This document shows positions 1 to 17,526 of a DNA stretch of 64,000 bases, piece after piece. Position 1 is the first letter of the stretch. The number at the start of each line of letters is the position of its first letter. Under the pieces are notes generated by a model that worked only from the letters and a program-made list of their open reading frames with translations, was not told the DNA's origin and made no database searches. This stretch comes from the human T2T-CHM13v2.0 reference genome, Homo sapiens. The stretch lies in assembly GCF_009914755.1 (NCBI RefSeq), contig NC_060928.1; one strand, 5' to 3'. A program made the position numbers and the translations under genes.

Positions 1-34
1 CATTACTATTTTGTGTTAAATATAAATGATCTCA

Positions 35-1057
35 GTGGAGGCAAGATGGCCGAATAGGAACAGCTCCAGTCTAGAGTTCCCAGCGTGAGCGACGCTGAAG
101 ACGGGTGATTTCTGCATTTCCAACTGAGGTACCGGGCTCATCTCACTGGGGAATGTTGGAAAGTGGGTGCAGAACAGTGGGTGCAGTGCACCCAGCATGA
201 GCTGAAGCAGGGCGAGGCATCGCCTCACCCAGGAAGCTCAAGGGGTCAGGGAATTCCCTTTCCTAGTCAAAGAAAGGGGTGACAGACGGCACCTGGAAAA
301 TCGGATCACTCCCACCTTAATACTGCACTTTTCAACAATCTTAGCAAACGGCACACCAGGAGATTATATCCTGTGCCTGGCTCGGAGGGTCCTATGCCCA
401 AGGAGCCTTGCTCATTGCTAACACAGCAGTCTGAGATCAAACTGCAAGGTGGCAGCGAGGCTGGGGGAGGGGTGCCTGCCATTGCCGAGGCTTGAGTAGG
501 TAAACAAAGAGGCCAGGAAGCTCGAACTGGGTGGAGCCCACCGCAGCTCAAGGAGGCCTGCCTGCCTCTGTAGACTCCACCTCTATGGGCAGGGAATAGC
601 CAAACAAAAGGCAGCAAAATCCTCTGCAGACTTAAATGTCTCTGTCTGACAGCTTTGAAGAGAGTAGTGGTTCTCCCAGCATGCAGCTGGAGATCTGAGA
701 ACTGACAGACTGCCTCCTCAAGTGGGTCCCTGACCCCCGAGTAGCCTAACTGGGAGGCACCGCCCTGTAGGGGCAGACTGACACCTCACACAGCCGGGTA
801 CTCCTCTGAGACAAAACTTCCAGAGGAATGATCAGGCAGCAACAATTGCTGCTCACCAATATCCGCTGTTCTACAGCCTCCACTGCTGATACCCAGGCAA
901 ACAGGGTCTGGAGTGGACCTCCAGCAAACTCCAACACACCTGCAGCTGAGGGTCCTGACTGTTGGAAGGAAAACTAACAAACAGAAAGGACATCCACACC
1001 AAAACCCCATCTGTATGTCACCATCATCAAAGACCAAAGGTAGATAAAACCATGAAG
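35..1057 (+). promoter_or_regulatory. L1 5'UTR internal sense/antisense promoter, CpG-decayed
   Basis: YY1-type AAGATGGCC at 43-51. Retains the ~129-bp segment (805-932) that is absent from L1PA2/L1HS. Confidence 0.85.
306..482 (-). pseudogene. L1 antisense ORF0 remnant (58 aa, C-terminal frameshift)
   Basis: MAGTPPPASLPPCSLISDCCVSNEQGSLGIGPSEPG matches the primate L1 ORF0 N-terminus. ATG at 482-480. Confidence 0.85.
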
Positions 1058-2285
<1,228 letters not shown>

Positions 2286-2354
2286 AGACCATCAAGGCTA
2301 GGAAAAAACTTCATCAACTAACGAGCAAAATAACCAGCTAACATCTTAATCTTA

Positions 2355-6170
<3,816 letters not shown>

Positions 6171-7067
6171 ACAATGAGAACACATGGACACAGGAAGGGG
6201 AACATCACACACCAGGGCCTGTTGTGGGGTCGGGGGAAGGGGGAGGGATAGCACTAGGAGATATACCTAATGTTAAATGATGAGTTAATGGGTGTAGCAC
6301 AACATGGCACATGTATACATATTTAACTAACCTGCACGTTGTGCACCTGTACCCTAAAACTTAAAGTATAATAAAAAAAGCAAAAAAAAATATATATATA
6401 TATAAATGATCACATACTTCTAGCTCCCTATATGTAATTTTTATATTATTTTCAGAGAAAATGCTTAATAAAATAAAGCATAGTTTGAAAGATTTGCTTT
6501 TAGGTGGCTTCATTCCCTATCAGCAACCTGTAATATTTATAGCTTAATGAATACCCTAGACTTACTATTCTCTTAAATAGTTTGAGGAGTGAGGATATAA
6601 GCAAAGGAACAATTTATGTATTGCTCCCTAATATGTCCTTTTTCTACTGCTTCATGAAACCCAGAGCTATGAAAAACATTATTTAAAAATGAGAAGATCA
6701 ATATGGAGTTTTTCACAATCAACGCAAAAACTCAAAGAATAAAATGAACAGAACAAGAGTTCAGAAAAAAGAAAGTCTTGGTGAATATTTAAAAATAATT
6801 GTAATATGGGTTAAAACTATGTTTTTAGCAAGACAGGAAATATAAACTAGAAACTGTAGTTTTAAGACATTTATAAAAAATATAATATTTTCATATTACT
6901 TATTTTTGATGATCCAGGCTATTTAGGCTAATCATTACTGATACATTTCTTAAATAAAACTGCTTGGGGCTAGCTTCCCAGAAAGTGTACACTCCAAAAT
7001 TATTTTGTAAATGTGTGTGTGGGGAAGCTCCAGTTCACCAAATAATAGGGTAGGTGGTAATATCTGT

Positions 7068-7165
7068 GAAGAAAGGAAGGGAGTAAAAAAGGAAGAAAGG
7101 AAGGGAGGAAGCAAGGAAGGAAGGAAGGAACGAAGGGAGGGAGGGAGGGAAGGAAGGAAGGAAGG
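7068..7165 (+). repeat. (GGAA)n-like purine-rich simple repeat
   Basis: GAAGGAAGG/GGAGGGAG runs. Confidence 0.85.
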
Positions 7166-8229
7166 AGCAAGAAAAATAAAACTTCATGAAGATTACTTCT
7201 GCTTGTAAGTTGCTTTAAGATAAATTTTAAAAAGGGTCCTATATTTTTTAACATTCACTAGAATCTAAAATATATTTTGCTGAATACTGCTCTCTTGATT
7301 TTAAAAAACAAAATAAAGAGTTTAATGGACTATATAATGCATCTGTTTCTGATTATTTTGCACTTAAATCATTAAAATCTTGCTTTCTTAGTCTCTATTT
7401 GTTATGCAAAATCATTTCCCACAATTTCAATAATCATTTTAACTGCATTTTTTTTCTTAAACACAGGCCTATTTTCCAAGTACAAATAAATTTGAACAAA
7501 AGATTTGATTTTTGTTAGAAACTTCTGCAGATGGGAATGTTGAAATATTGCTCACGTTATTATCCTGGTTTGGAATAAAATATGGATTAGGGCAAAAAAA
7601 TAAAATGCTTGGTAAATAAATACATATTTAAACTTTGTTTACCATTCCATTCACAGATTTTGATGTCTGCCAGAACATAATATTGGCTTGAAAGACGGGT
7701 TATTGGTTAAGCTGAAGCCAAACAATTCAAGATTTAGGAAAACAATAACTGAACTTAGTTGAAAAACAAGTTATTGCAGACTCCACTTAAGTCCCATTGC
7801 TACTTAAGTCCCATTGTCTTTTTGCATGTCTGGACCACATGATGTAATGATGCTAAGCTGAACTGCAGTATTTCAGCCTTATGTCTGTTCCTTAAACCAT
7901 CTTCAGTCATAGATAAGCACTATGACCAAGTGAATCTGCTAAATAGTTCAAATTATAGTTTAAATTGAAGCAGCTCAAATTAAAAACACTTTTCATTGTT
8001 ATATCAGCTTATTATAACTTCATATCATCAGACTGACACGATCCACATACCAATATTTTGTGTTATCATATTTTAAAACACAGCTAATTTCACACACACA
8101 CTTATTGGTAAAATGTAAGTATCGATACATATATAGACAATATCTATCTATTATACATCCGAGTGGTTAAAATGAAATATCATCTAGATACCACTGCATC
8201 TTTGACACACTTCTGTTCCAGCAATACAG

Positions 8230-8830
8230 AATTTCCAATTAATATGTTACATTGATATTATTTTCATCCATCAGAATGGCAAGCGATTTAACATTTTTTA
8301 ACATTCTGTGCAGAGATGAAGGGAACGGCACTCGCATGCTCTTGGTGAATGTAATATTTGCTAACAATCTTTCCTGGGAAAAAATTATCAGTGTACATTA
8401 AGTTTTAATTTTGCACAGGAAGCTGTTTTACAGAAGTTATTTGATGATACAGATGTTTGCAGCAGCAGCTAGTAAGAGTACAGCAATGAACATGACTTAC
8501 TTTTCTATCAATAAAAGAACAGCTATAAAATGATAGACCTGTAAAAGTGAATACAGTGCAGCCATGAAAAAGAAAGAGGAGAAATATATTGAATGCTAAA
8601 GAAAGATGTGCGTTATATGTTTAATTTGTAAGGCAAAAAAGATGAATAATTTTTACAAGACTGTTCTATTTTCCTATAAATAATAACAGCTAAATATATT
8701 TCTGCATATCAGTAAGAAATACACCTGGAAGAATAATCACCAAACTAAGACAGATGGTTGGAAAGTGGACATTGGGAGGGTTTGATTTCATGCTTTTTAT
8801 ATTTATGCTTCCATATTTTCAGAGTTATTT
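8230..8830 (+). mobile_element. Ancient L1 (L1ME-like) 3' fragment
   Basis: Degenerate similarity to the L1 ORF2 end/3'UTR (CATCAGAATGGCAAG..., AATACAGTGCAGCCATGAAAAAGAA). Confidence 0.5.
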
Positions 8831-9457
8831 TCCCAAAAGAATAAATAAAACCCTGAAACAAAGAAAACAGTGTAAGATAATACTTCCTAATAAAGATATA
8901 GGGCTAGAAAATGCTGCTAACATCCAGTTTCTGAAACCAGCACTTATTCCCCTTGGTCAGCATTTTTTTCTTTTCCTGAACACTACTCTCCATCCAAAGT
9001 AAATATTTCTACTGTGCCACAAAACAAATTATTCAGCCTTAAAACTACAGAGCCTTTGCCATATAGTGCTTTTCACTAAGCCACGGCAGAACTCCATATC
9101 TAATTCAGAAAACGTTTATGTTTGACCAGTGGGAATGATGATAAATTGTTTATGTTACTCTGTCTTCTGGACAAATGTTTTCATTAAGCCTGAATGCTAT
9201 TTAATGATTAAGACAGGATAGTTTGAGAAAAGCAACTATTGTTATTCAATCACTACATACAGAACACATTAAGATAGAGTCATGCCAAGGAAGGAAAAAA
9301 TGGCAATGCTCTTTGCTCCTGGGCTCCAGTCCTACCCATTCTCCTACTGCACTAAGTGGGAGTGAATCATCTTTCTCACTGACAAGTGACTTTCTCCCTC
9401 TCTTGCAGGAATATCTGTGACACTCTGTTGTTGAGTGGTTTTTTTTAGTGTTTTGAA

Positions 9458-9486
<29 letters not shown>
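9458..9486. repeat. (TG)n microsatellite
   Basis: ~14 TG units. Confidence 0.95.
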
Positions 9487-9488
<2 letters not shown>

Positions 9489-10386
9489 ATACTACTATTT
9501 ACAAGGAATTGCAAGGCTTAGATAGATGTCTAAGAAATATGTGATTTTTGCTTCCCCTATTATTGTCCTATCTCAAATTAATTTAAATAATTTAATTGCT
9601 GCAAACAATTCTATCAAGTCTATTTCTTGCATAGCTTCAACATTTTAAAGTACTCTAAAAATTTAAAATATTAAAAATTATGAAATAGACATATAATTGC
9701 ATATTCTGCTTTTTAAATTAACATGTTTATATACAAACATGGCTGAATAATATTGAATAAAAAAATGTGTTATTATATACTTAATCACAACCAATCTAAC
9801 ATTTAATGTACTTTAATTTTGAATATTTTCTACAATGCTGTGAGAATATGTTTTTATACCTGGATTTTCCCAATTTTAAATTATTATCTTTGAAGTCATT
9901 CCTGAAAATAAAATTACTATGTTGAACCATATGACTTGAGATATACAGCTAAATTGTCTTAAATTTAGCCTTGCATATTTAGCAAAATATTAATGATATG
10001 CTCAATCAGGTCTTGAATATTTACATGAACAATAGGTCAAATAGTAATATTGAGTAGCCAGTCTTAATCAATTTGAATTTGTTTTATGTTTTCAGTAAGC
10101 CATATGTGTTTTTTTTTTTCATAATAGCTTTGAGTTCCTATTTACCTGGCTGATGAAAAATTCAGTTTAGTTTTATTTTAAGGACATTTCCTCTCTCTAG
10201 CTTTCTATAACTTTATACAGTCCAGTAATTCAGGGTAAGTATCTCTGGTCTTTAGTCTATTATGGTCTCCACTGAATTGCTCATTATCTACATCAACTTG
10301 ACTCTTTCAGATTTGCTAAATTCAACTAGATGTTGAATTAAGTCGAGCCTCGCCATCTTCTGAAATGTTGGATTTAACTACATAAC

Positions 10387-11241
10387 TGTATCAAGGATCC
10401 TCAAGACCTCCTTTAGATTTAATGATTCACTAGAAGGACTCACAGGAATCAGAAAACCATTATACTTACAGTCATAATTTATTACAGCAGAAAAGGATGC
10501 AAATTAAAATTAGCAGAAGTAAGTGGGCTAAGGGCAGAGTCCCTAGTGGGACCAGGCACAAGTTTCCACGTGTCTTCTCCTGGTAGAATCTTAAAGACAG
10601 TGCTTAATTCTACCAAAAATGATGTGTAATAATGCTTACAAAGTATTGTCGTTCCAGGAAGCTCACTTGAACCTTGGTGTCCAGGGATTTTTTTTTTTGA
10701 GATGGAGTTTCTCTCTTGTTGACCAGGCTGGAGTGCAATGTCTCGATCTCAGTTCACCGCAACCTAATCCCCGTGGTTCAAGAGATTCTCCTACCTCAGT
10801 CTCCCAAGTAGCTGGAATTACAGGCATGCACCACCATGCTTGGCTAATTTTTTGTATTTTTGGTAGAGAAGGGGTTTCTCCATGGTGGTCAGGCTGGTCT
10901 CGAACTCCGGACCTCAGGTGATCCGCCTCCCAAAATGCTGGGATTACAGGCGTGAGCCACTGTGCCTGGTCAGTGTTCAGGGATTTTACTGGGGGTTGTT
11001 AGGTAGGCACGACTAAATATCTGCTTGGCTGACCTTAGTCACTCAGCCTCCGGAACCTAAAAAGGACAAACTGATAAAATGCAGCCAAAGACCTCAGTAA
11101 AACAAAGACACTCTTATCAGGCAGCACAGTCTTAAAGGCTTAGAGGTTACCTTCCAGGAGCCCTTCAAGGGGCAAACCTTTTATTAAAAATGTGCAAAGT
11201 ATGGACAACCCACCCATCCTGAGTTAATCCTGTACTGCAAA
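10387..11241. mobile_element. MER77/MER21-family LTR interrupted by an Alu
   Basis: TGTATCAAGGATCCTCAAGACC...GATTCACTAGAAGGACTCACAG...ATTTATTACAGC resembles the MER77/MER21 consensus. Confidence 0.7.
10688..10971 (-). mobile_element. AluSp-like element
   Basis: Reverse Alu with CTCTTGTTG and GGGGTTTCTCCATG diagnostics. TSD GTGT(C/T)CAGGGATTTT at 10677-10691 and 10973-10987. Confidence 0.92.
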
Positions 11242-11277
11242 GTTACTCACTGTATTTGTTGCACTTGAGTTTTTCAG

Positions 11278-11706
11278 TGTGATGTTAATATTGAGTGTCA
11301 ACTTGATTGGATTGAAGGATATTGATCCTGGGTGTGTCTTTGAGGGTGTTGCCAAAGGAGATAAACATTTGAGTCAGTGGGCTGGGAAAGGCAGACCCAC
11401 ACTTAATCTGGGTGGGCACAATCAAATCAGCTGCCAGCATGACTAGAATATAAGCAGGTGGAAAATGTGAAAAGAGAGACTGGCCTAGCCTCCCAGCCTA
11501 CATCTTTCTCCCTTGCTGGATGCTTCCTGCTCTTGAACATCGCGCTCTAAGTTCTTTAGTTTTGGAACTCAGACTGGCTCTCCTTGCTCCTCCGCCTGCA
11601 GACGGCCTATTGTGGGACGTTGTGACCATGTGAGTTAATACTTAATAAACTCCCCTTTATATAGATCTAGCTATTCCACTAGTTCTGTGGAACCCTGACT
11701 AATACA
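11278..11706 (+). mobile_element. MLT2A1 solo LTR (HERV-L family)
   Basis: TGTGATG...GTGTCAACTTGATTGGATTGAAGG...GAACCCTGACTAATACA with TG...CA termini. 5-bp TSD TTCAG/TTTAG (1 mismatch). Confidence 0.9.
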
Positions 11707-12789
11707 TTTAGTATAGAATTATCCTATATTTTCTTAGTGTATGGCTACGCCCAACTCTTTAAAAGACTCCAGAATTTGAAAAGCTAGAACTTTTCTTTGA
11801 AAATGTGACCCTCAGTGCAGGGTATCTGAGATCTTCAGAAACAAACAATCAAAATGACTTCCTTGTTCTCTTTTGGAGAATCAAGAAAAAATACCTTTCC
11901 TTCTTTTCAGATACATTTAGAAGAAAAAATATAATTCTTTATGTGGTTACTCTGTGACAGATGCAATATATTCTCAGAGTCATTTTTATTGTTTTAAAAT
12001 GCCAAGTTATGAGGGTAATTTGTTGCACAGCAAGAGTGATCAAAAGTTAAATTTACACATACAATTTGTCTGTTATAAGGAAATCAGTTTATGATTGTGC
12101 TGGGTTTCTATTTGGATAGTCAAATTCTGCTATATAAACTAAAATGTAAGTTGTTCAGAAAATTTTAGATGTAATAAGCAACATTGAAATTATTTATACA
12201 ACAAAGATACAATTACACATTTTCTACTCATAGATTCTTAGGCTGAGCTCCTTTTATTTAGGTATGTCACAAAGCAGTGATTATTTTGTTACTCAAAATA
12301 TATGCAAATAAATTTGGATATACACATGTTCAGTAATATGATATTTTTAAATGATGTATATAATAACTAAATGCAATATAAAACATTTTCAAACATCATT
12401 TTATTCATCTGCTTATGCTCCTCACATCTATAGCTACTTTAGCACATTTGTTTATTATTTGCATGCCTGCCTAATCACTGTGAAGCTTAAAATAGTTGTG
12501 CTTTTTTAACATTAAGAATAAAAACTATATTTTTTTGAATGACTTCAGATTGATGGAATAATATTCCACACACTATGACTTCCCTCCTCATAAAACTGAT
12601 GAGTGGTGCTCCAGAGGCTAAACCCCTACTGTGCACTAGATTCCAAATCCCCCACTCACAGAGAATGATGCTCCTGCAATTATATCCTTTCTCTCCTAGG
12701 CCAGAATTCATTATGTACTGAATTATTTTTGTTGATGTCACACATTCTGAAACATGTCCCATCTTACAGCAAACAAAGAAACAAAAACT

Positions 12790-13245
<456 letters not shown>

Positions 13246-13259
13246 TTATCTGATTTTAA

Positions 13260-15100
13260 CAAGTACATTTTATTTATTACTTTGGAAATGTATATATGTG
13301 TAGTGTAAGTATTCCTAAAGAAAGAAAAAGGATATGCATAAAATTACTTCTTAATCAAAACCGGTGTTCTTGAACCATAGAATTCCCTTTGCGTAGATAA
13401 CCACAGCTAGTTTCTTACGTATTCTTCTACAGATGATGTTTACACACGTATACATCTATTCTAACTATACTTCTTCAAAAATTTCAATAAACTACACACA
13501 GTAATCTGCTTGTTTTTTCCTAAATATGTATCTTGGAAATCACACAGAGAACAATCTTTTATTTTAATGACTACATGGAATTCTATTTATGAATGTACCA
13601 ATTATACTGCCTTCAATTAAACAATATTTACATTGTTTTCTATATTTCAATATTATAATCACAGCTGCAATAAAAACATCCTTGTATACCTATAGTTTTT
13701 TCACATGTGCAAGAACATAAGCAGGGTAAACTCCTAGAAGTAAAACTGTTGGGTCCAAGGGTGTATATACTTTTGATACGGTATGCAATTGTCTTTCATA
13801 GAGGTTTTAATTTATTATATCGCAACAGTGTATAACAACCTCTATTTTTTCAAAAGTTTTAATAATTTTATTGTTGTTTCAGAATTTTTGATCAAAAAAT
13901 AAAATGCAATTACAGGTTTGTAAATAGATAATAAATTTACATAATAATCAAAACATTAATATATTAATAAAATATAACGTATTTACTAAGAAGTTTTGCT
14001 TTTATTCATGACCTATATTTTTGTTTCTTATAGATTAACTGAGTTTTTGTTTGCCTTCCCAGTAATTTTTAAGTTTATCCAAGAAAATTTTTATATAATT
14101 CTATCTGATAAACTACATTTATAAATACACAATTATTCACCTTACTCTTTATCATTTAACACTCTATCCTGCATGTCTTTTCATGTTAGAACTTAGAAAC
14201 TTCTTTATTCATTTTTTACAGTATATTTTCTGTATTGTATTTTATCATGTAGATGCAGCATATTTATTTAACCAGTTCACCATTGAGGGGAATGTGGGTT
14301 ATTTGTAATCTTTTACTATTATAAATAGTTGCATAATAATTAGCATTGCAAACATCATTTCAAACAAATAATTGCATATCTATAGAATAAATTACAGTGA
14401 CAGTATTATATGGGATAAGTATACATATATTTATAATTTTGTTAGATAATGTTAAACTGTCTCCATAGAGGTTGTGTAATTCTGCTTTAACATCTGCAAT
14501 GTATTTAGAAGTCTATTTTCCAACAACTCTTTAAAAGAACATATTAGAAGGCTTTTGAACTTTTTGCCAATCTGATAGTGGAGAAATTACAATTTCATGT
14601 AGATTTAATTTGTATTAATCTTATTAATGGTAATATGGAGTACCTTTTTCCATATATTTAAAAGATGTTTAATTTATTTTACTGTGAACTTTCTGTTCAT
14701 TCATTTAGCCCATTTTCTATTTGTTTCTTAGTTCTTTTTTTCCTCTAAATTAATAGTAGCTCTTGCTATATTAGACAGCATGATATGAGTTGCAGTTATG
14801 CTTCTGTGTCTTGGTTTATATTTTGATTTTGCTTATGGCATATCTAACCTTTGCAATTTTTTTTTACCATAAAATAGTATCAGTCTTTCCTTGAGTAGGA
14901 GTTCTAGGGGTTTTTATAATATGGTCTAAGAACTTCCTAGCTCTAATACAGAAATATTTAAATTTAAAGAAACTTTTATATTCTTATAGCTTGATTTTCC
15001 CCATACTTAATTATTCCCAATTTTTTAGAATAATTTTTGAGTGAGATATCCTAAGTTATTACAACGTCATTTGTTTAAAAATCCAGACTTTCCACTATAT
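13260..15100 (-). mobile_element. Ancient L1 (L1ME-like) 3'-end fragments
   Basis: T-rich reverse L1 3' sequence (TTTGCCAATCTGATAG, TTTAGCCCATTTTCTATT); two degenerate blocks. Confidence 0.65.
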
Positions 15101-15353
15101 ACACAGAGGTGATGTGAATACAAAGGCAGGCATTGGGCTGATACTGCTACAAGCCAAGAAACACCAAAGATTGTTAGAAAACTACCAGAATCTAGGAGGA
15201 AGGCACAGAACGGATTCTTCCTCTCAGCATCAGAAGGCAGCAATTGTGCTAATGCTCGATCTCAGATTCTCAGAGCTGAGAGAATATATTTCAGTCGTTT
15301 AAGCCACCAAGTTCATGGTACTTTGTCGTAGTAGCCTTAACAAAGTAATGCAT
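15100..15353 (+). mobile_element. MLT1 (MaLR, MLT1C-like) LTR, 3' half
   Basis: GCTACAAGCCAAGAAACACCAAAGATTG...TTTAAGCCACCAAGTTCATGGTACTTTGT. Confidence 0.8.
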
Positions 15354-15414
15354 TTGGGGAAAGAGTGAAATGGATATGTGGTGGTCAGAAAAGCGGAGAC
15401 TGTTAGTTGAATAC

Positions 15415-15882
15415 TGTGATCATTTACTTCATATGCCAACTGGACTAGATTAAGAGATGCCCAGGTAGCTGGTAGGACATTATTTCTGGGTGTCTCTGTG
15501 AGGGTGTTTCCAGAAGAGGATACTGCCTGAATTGGTACACTGAGTAAAGAACATGTCTTCATCATTTTAAATGGGTATCATCCAGCCCCTGAGAATCTGA
15601 ATAGAGCAAAAAGATGGAGGAAGGGTGAATTTGCTCCCTCTCCTTGAGCTAGGACATTCATCTTCTCCTGCTGTGGACGGCAGTGCTCCTAGTTCTTAGG
15701 CCTTTCAGACTCAGACTGGGACTTACACCTTTGGCTTAATTGGTTCTCAGGCCTTCAGGCTTAGACTGGAACTACCCCAGGAGAGCTCCTGGGCCTCCAG
15801 CTTGCAGACAACAGATCATGGGACTTCTCAGCCTCAATAATCACATAAGCCAATCTCTCCTAATAAATCTCTCTCTCTCTCT
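15415..15882 (+). mobile_element. MLT2C/D-like ERV-L LTR, 3' terminus missing
   Basis: TATTTCTGGGTGTCTCTGTGAGGGTGTTTCCAGAAGAG...GGGACTTCTCAGCCTC...AATAAATCTCT. Confidence 0.85.
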
Positions 15883-16079
15883 TTTAATTCCTTCTCCCTG
15901 TATACAGAGGAAGGCATGGATTTTTAAATAAATGAGGTTGTGATAACTTAATAGGCATTGGGAGAATATTTAACTCAAAAATTATTCTAAAAAATTGGGA
16001 ATAACTAAGTATGGGAAAACATCAAAACGTAAGAATATCAAAGTTTCTTTTAATTTAAATAAATCTCTCTCTCTCTAAA

Positions 16080-16197
16080 GTGTGTGTGTGTATATATATT
16101 ATATATGTAAAATGGAAATGTAGTATGTGCATATATATACATGCATGTATGTACACACACATACACACACACACACACATATATACACACACACACA
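16080..16197. repeat. Compound TG/TA/CA microsatellite
   Basis: Visible dinucleotide runs. Confidence 0.9.
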
Positions 16198-17526
16198 TTT
16201 AGTTAACTAAATGTAGTCTACATTTAAATACATTTTCCAGACCACCTTATATTTAGGTGGGGCATGCATCTGAGTTCTGGCTTCTGCAATACAGATAGAA
16301 AGGATAAAACTACCAGTTCCACCAGTGGTGGTGTTATTTGAGGAGAAGAAAACACAGTACCGGGCCCTGACCATCCTTGCCCAAAATGGTTTGTTGGGCA
16401 GAGATTTTCTGCAGAGAAAGGCAAATTGAGAAGACCAGAGGCAACTGGCTCACAAAGTACCTTGCTCACAAAGCACCTTGCTCACAAAGCAGGGTTGTCT
16501 CCATGAGAAGTGGGCTGCTGTCCCAACTCAGAACAGTGACTCAGAGATTCCTCCCAGAGGAATTCCCTTTGGAGCATAAAGAGAGATTATAAGAACAAAA
16601 AGCTCCAAAGCTCCCCAAAAGAAAATGACTATATTTAGAACAGTTTGTAGAAAAACTAAAGCCTAAGGTTAATCTGAAAAATCCATGGAGATTTGCATGG
16701 TAAGCAATTAAATAGAGGTGCATAAAACCAAAATAGCAAGAAACTAAATCACCGCCCAACCAGTCTATCAGAGAGAACCAGGGCAAAAGGCAGCTAAGAA
16801 GAGAAGAGCCTTCCTGTAGTCAGAGCAAGTCTTGAAGATTGACCTAAAAAACTACCCCTGCAAAGGGCCCAAGGTTTAGTTGGATCAGACGAGGAATCAA
16901 TTTACATCCCATAGTGCAGTAAAAAATAACAGCACAATCAACTGGCAACTAGTGGAGCTTAAGTGCTCTGTGTGATACAAACATAGGCAGAGAGCCTAAC
17001 AGAGAGATGAGTGAGACAGTTAAAGATGGCCCTGCTAACATCACTGCCATCTCAGGATACCTGTAAACATGCCCAGGCCTGGATATGCCCTCTGACGGTT
17101 GACATCAGAAGTCTCACAGTACAGGGGAAAGATTATTAACACAGTCCAGCAAAGTCTCTAAACAAATAAGCATGCAAGCAAACAAACAAAATAACAATGA
17201 TAGTAACAACCCCCGGAGAAGCTTAATTAATATCTAAACTTGATAAAACATATTATTGAAAGTCCAGTTTTCAACAAAAGTTTATAATGCATGAAAAGAA
17301 ACAGGAAGGTGTGACCCATACACAGAAAAAAAATCAGTCAACAGAAACTTCCTATGAGAGGGCTCAGATGTTAAAATTAACAGACAAAAACTTAAAACAA
17401 CCTTTACAAATATGTTCAAAGAAATAAAGGAGACCATGCTGAAAGAAGTAAAGAATGATATCATGGCAATGTCTCATAAAATAAATAATGTTTATAAATG
17501 AATAGAAATGACAAAGAAGAACTAGA

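Larger units (their letters stand above)
14956..16060. repeat. Inverted duplication: arm 1 14956-~15105, arm 2 ~15896-16060
   Basis: The reverse complement of arm 2 aligns colinearly to arm 1, e.g. CCCATACTTA(A/G)TTATTCCCAATTTTTTAGAATAATTTTTGAGT. Confidence 0.92.

Noticed and set aside
7000-7254. ORFs on both strands
   Set aside because: Translation of a (GGAA)n simple repeat.
7397-7411. SOX-OCT-like TTTGTTATGCAAA
   Set aside because: A single imperfect match, expected by chance in AT-rich DNA.
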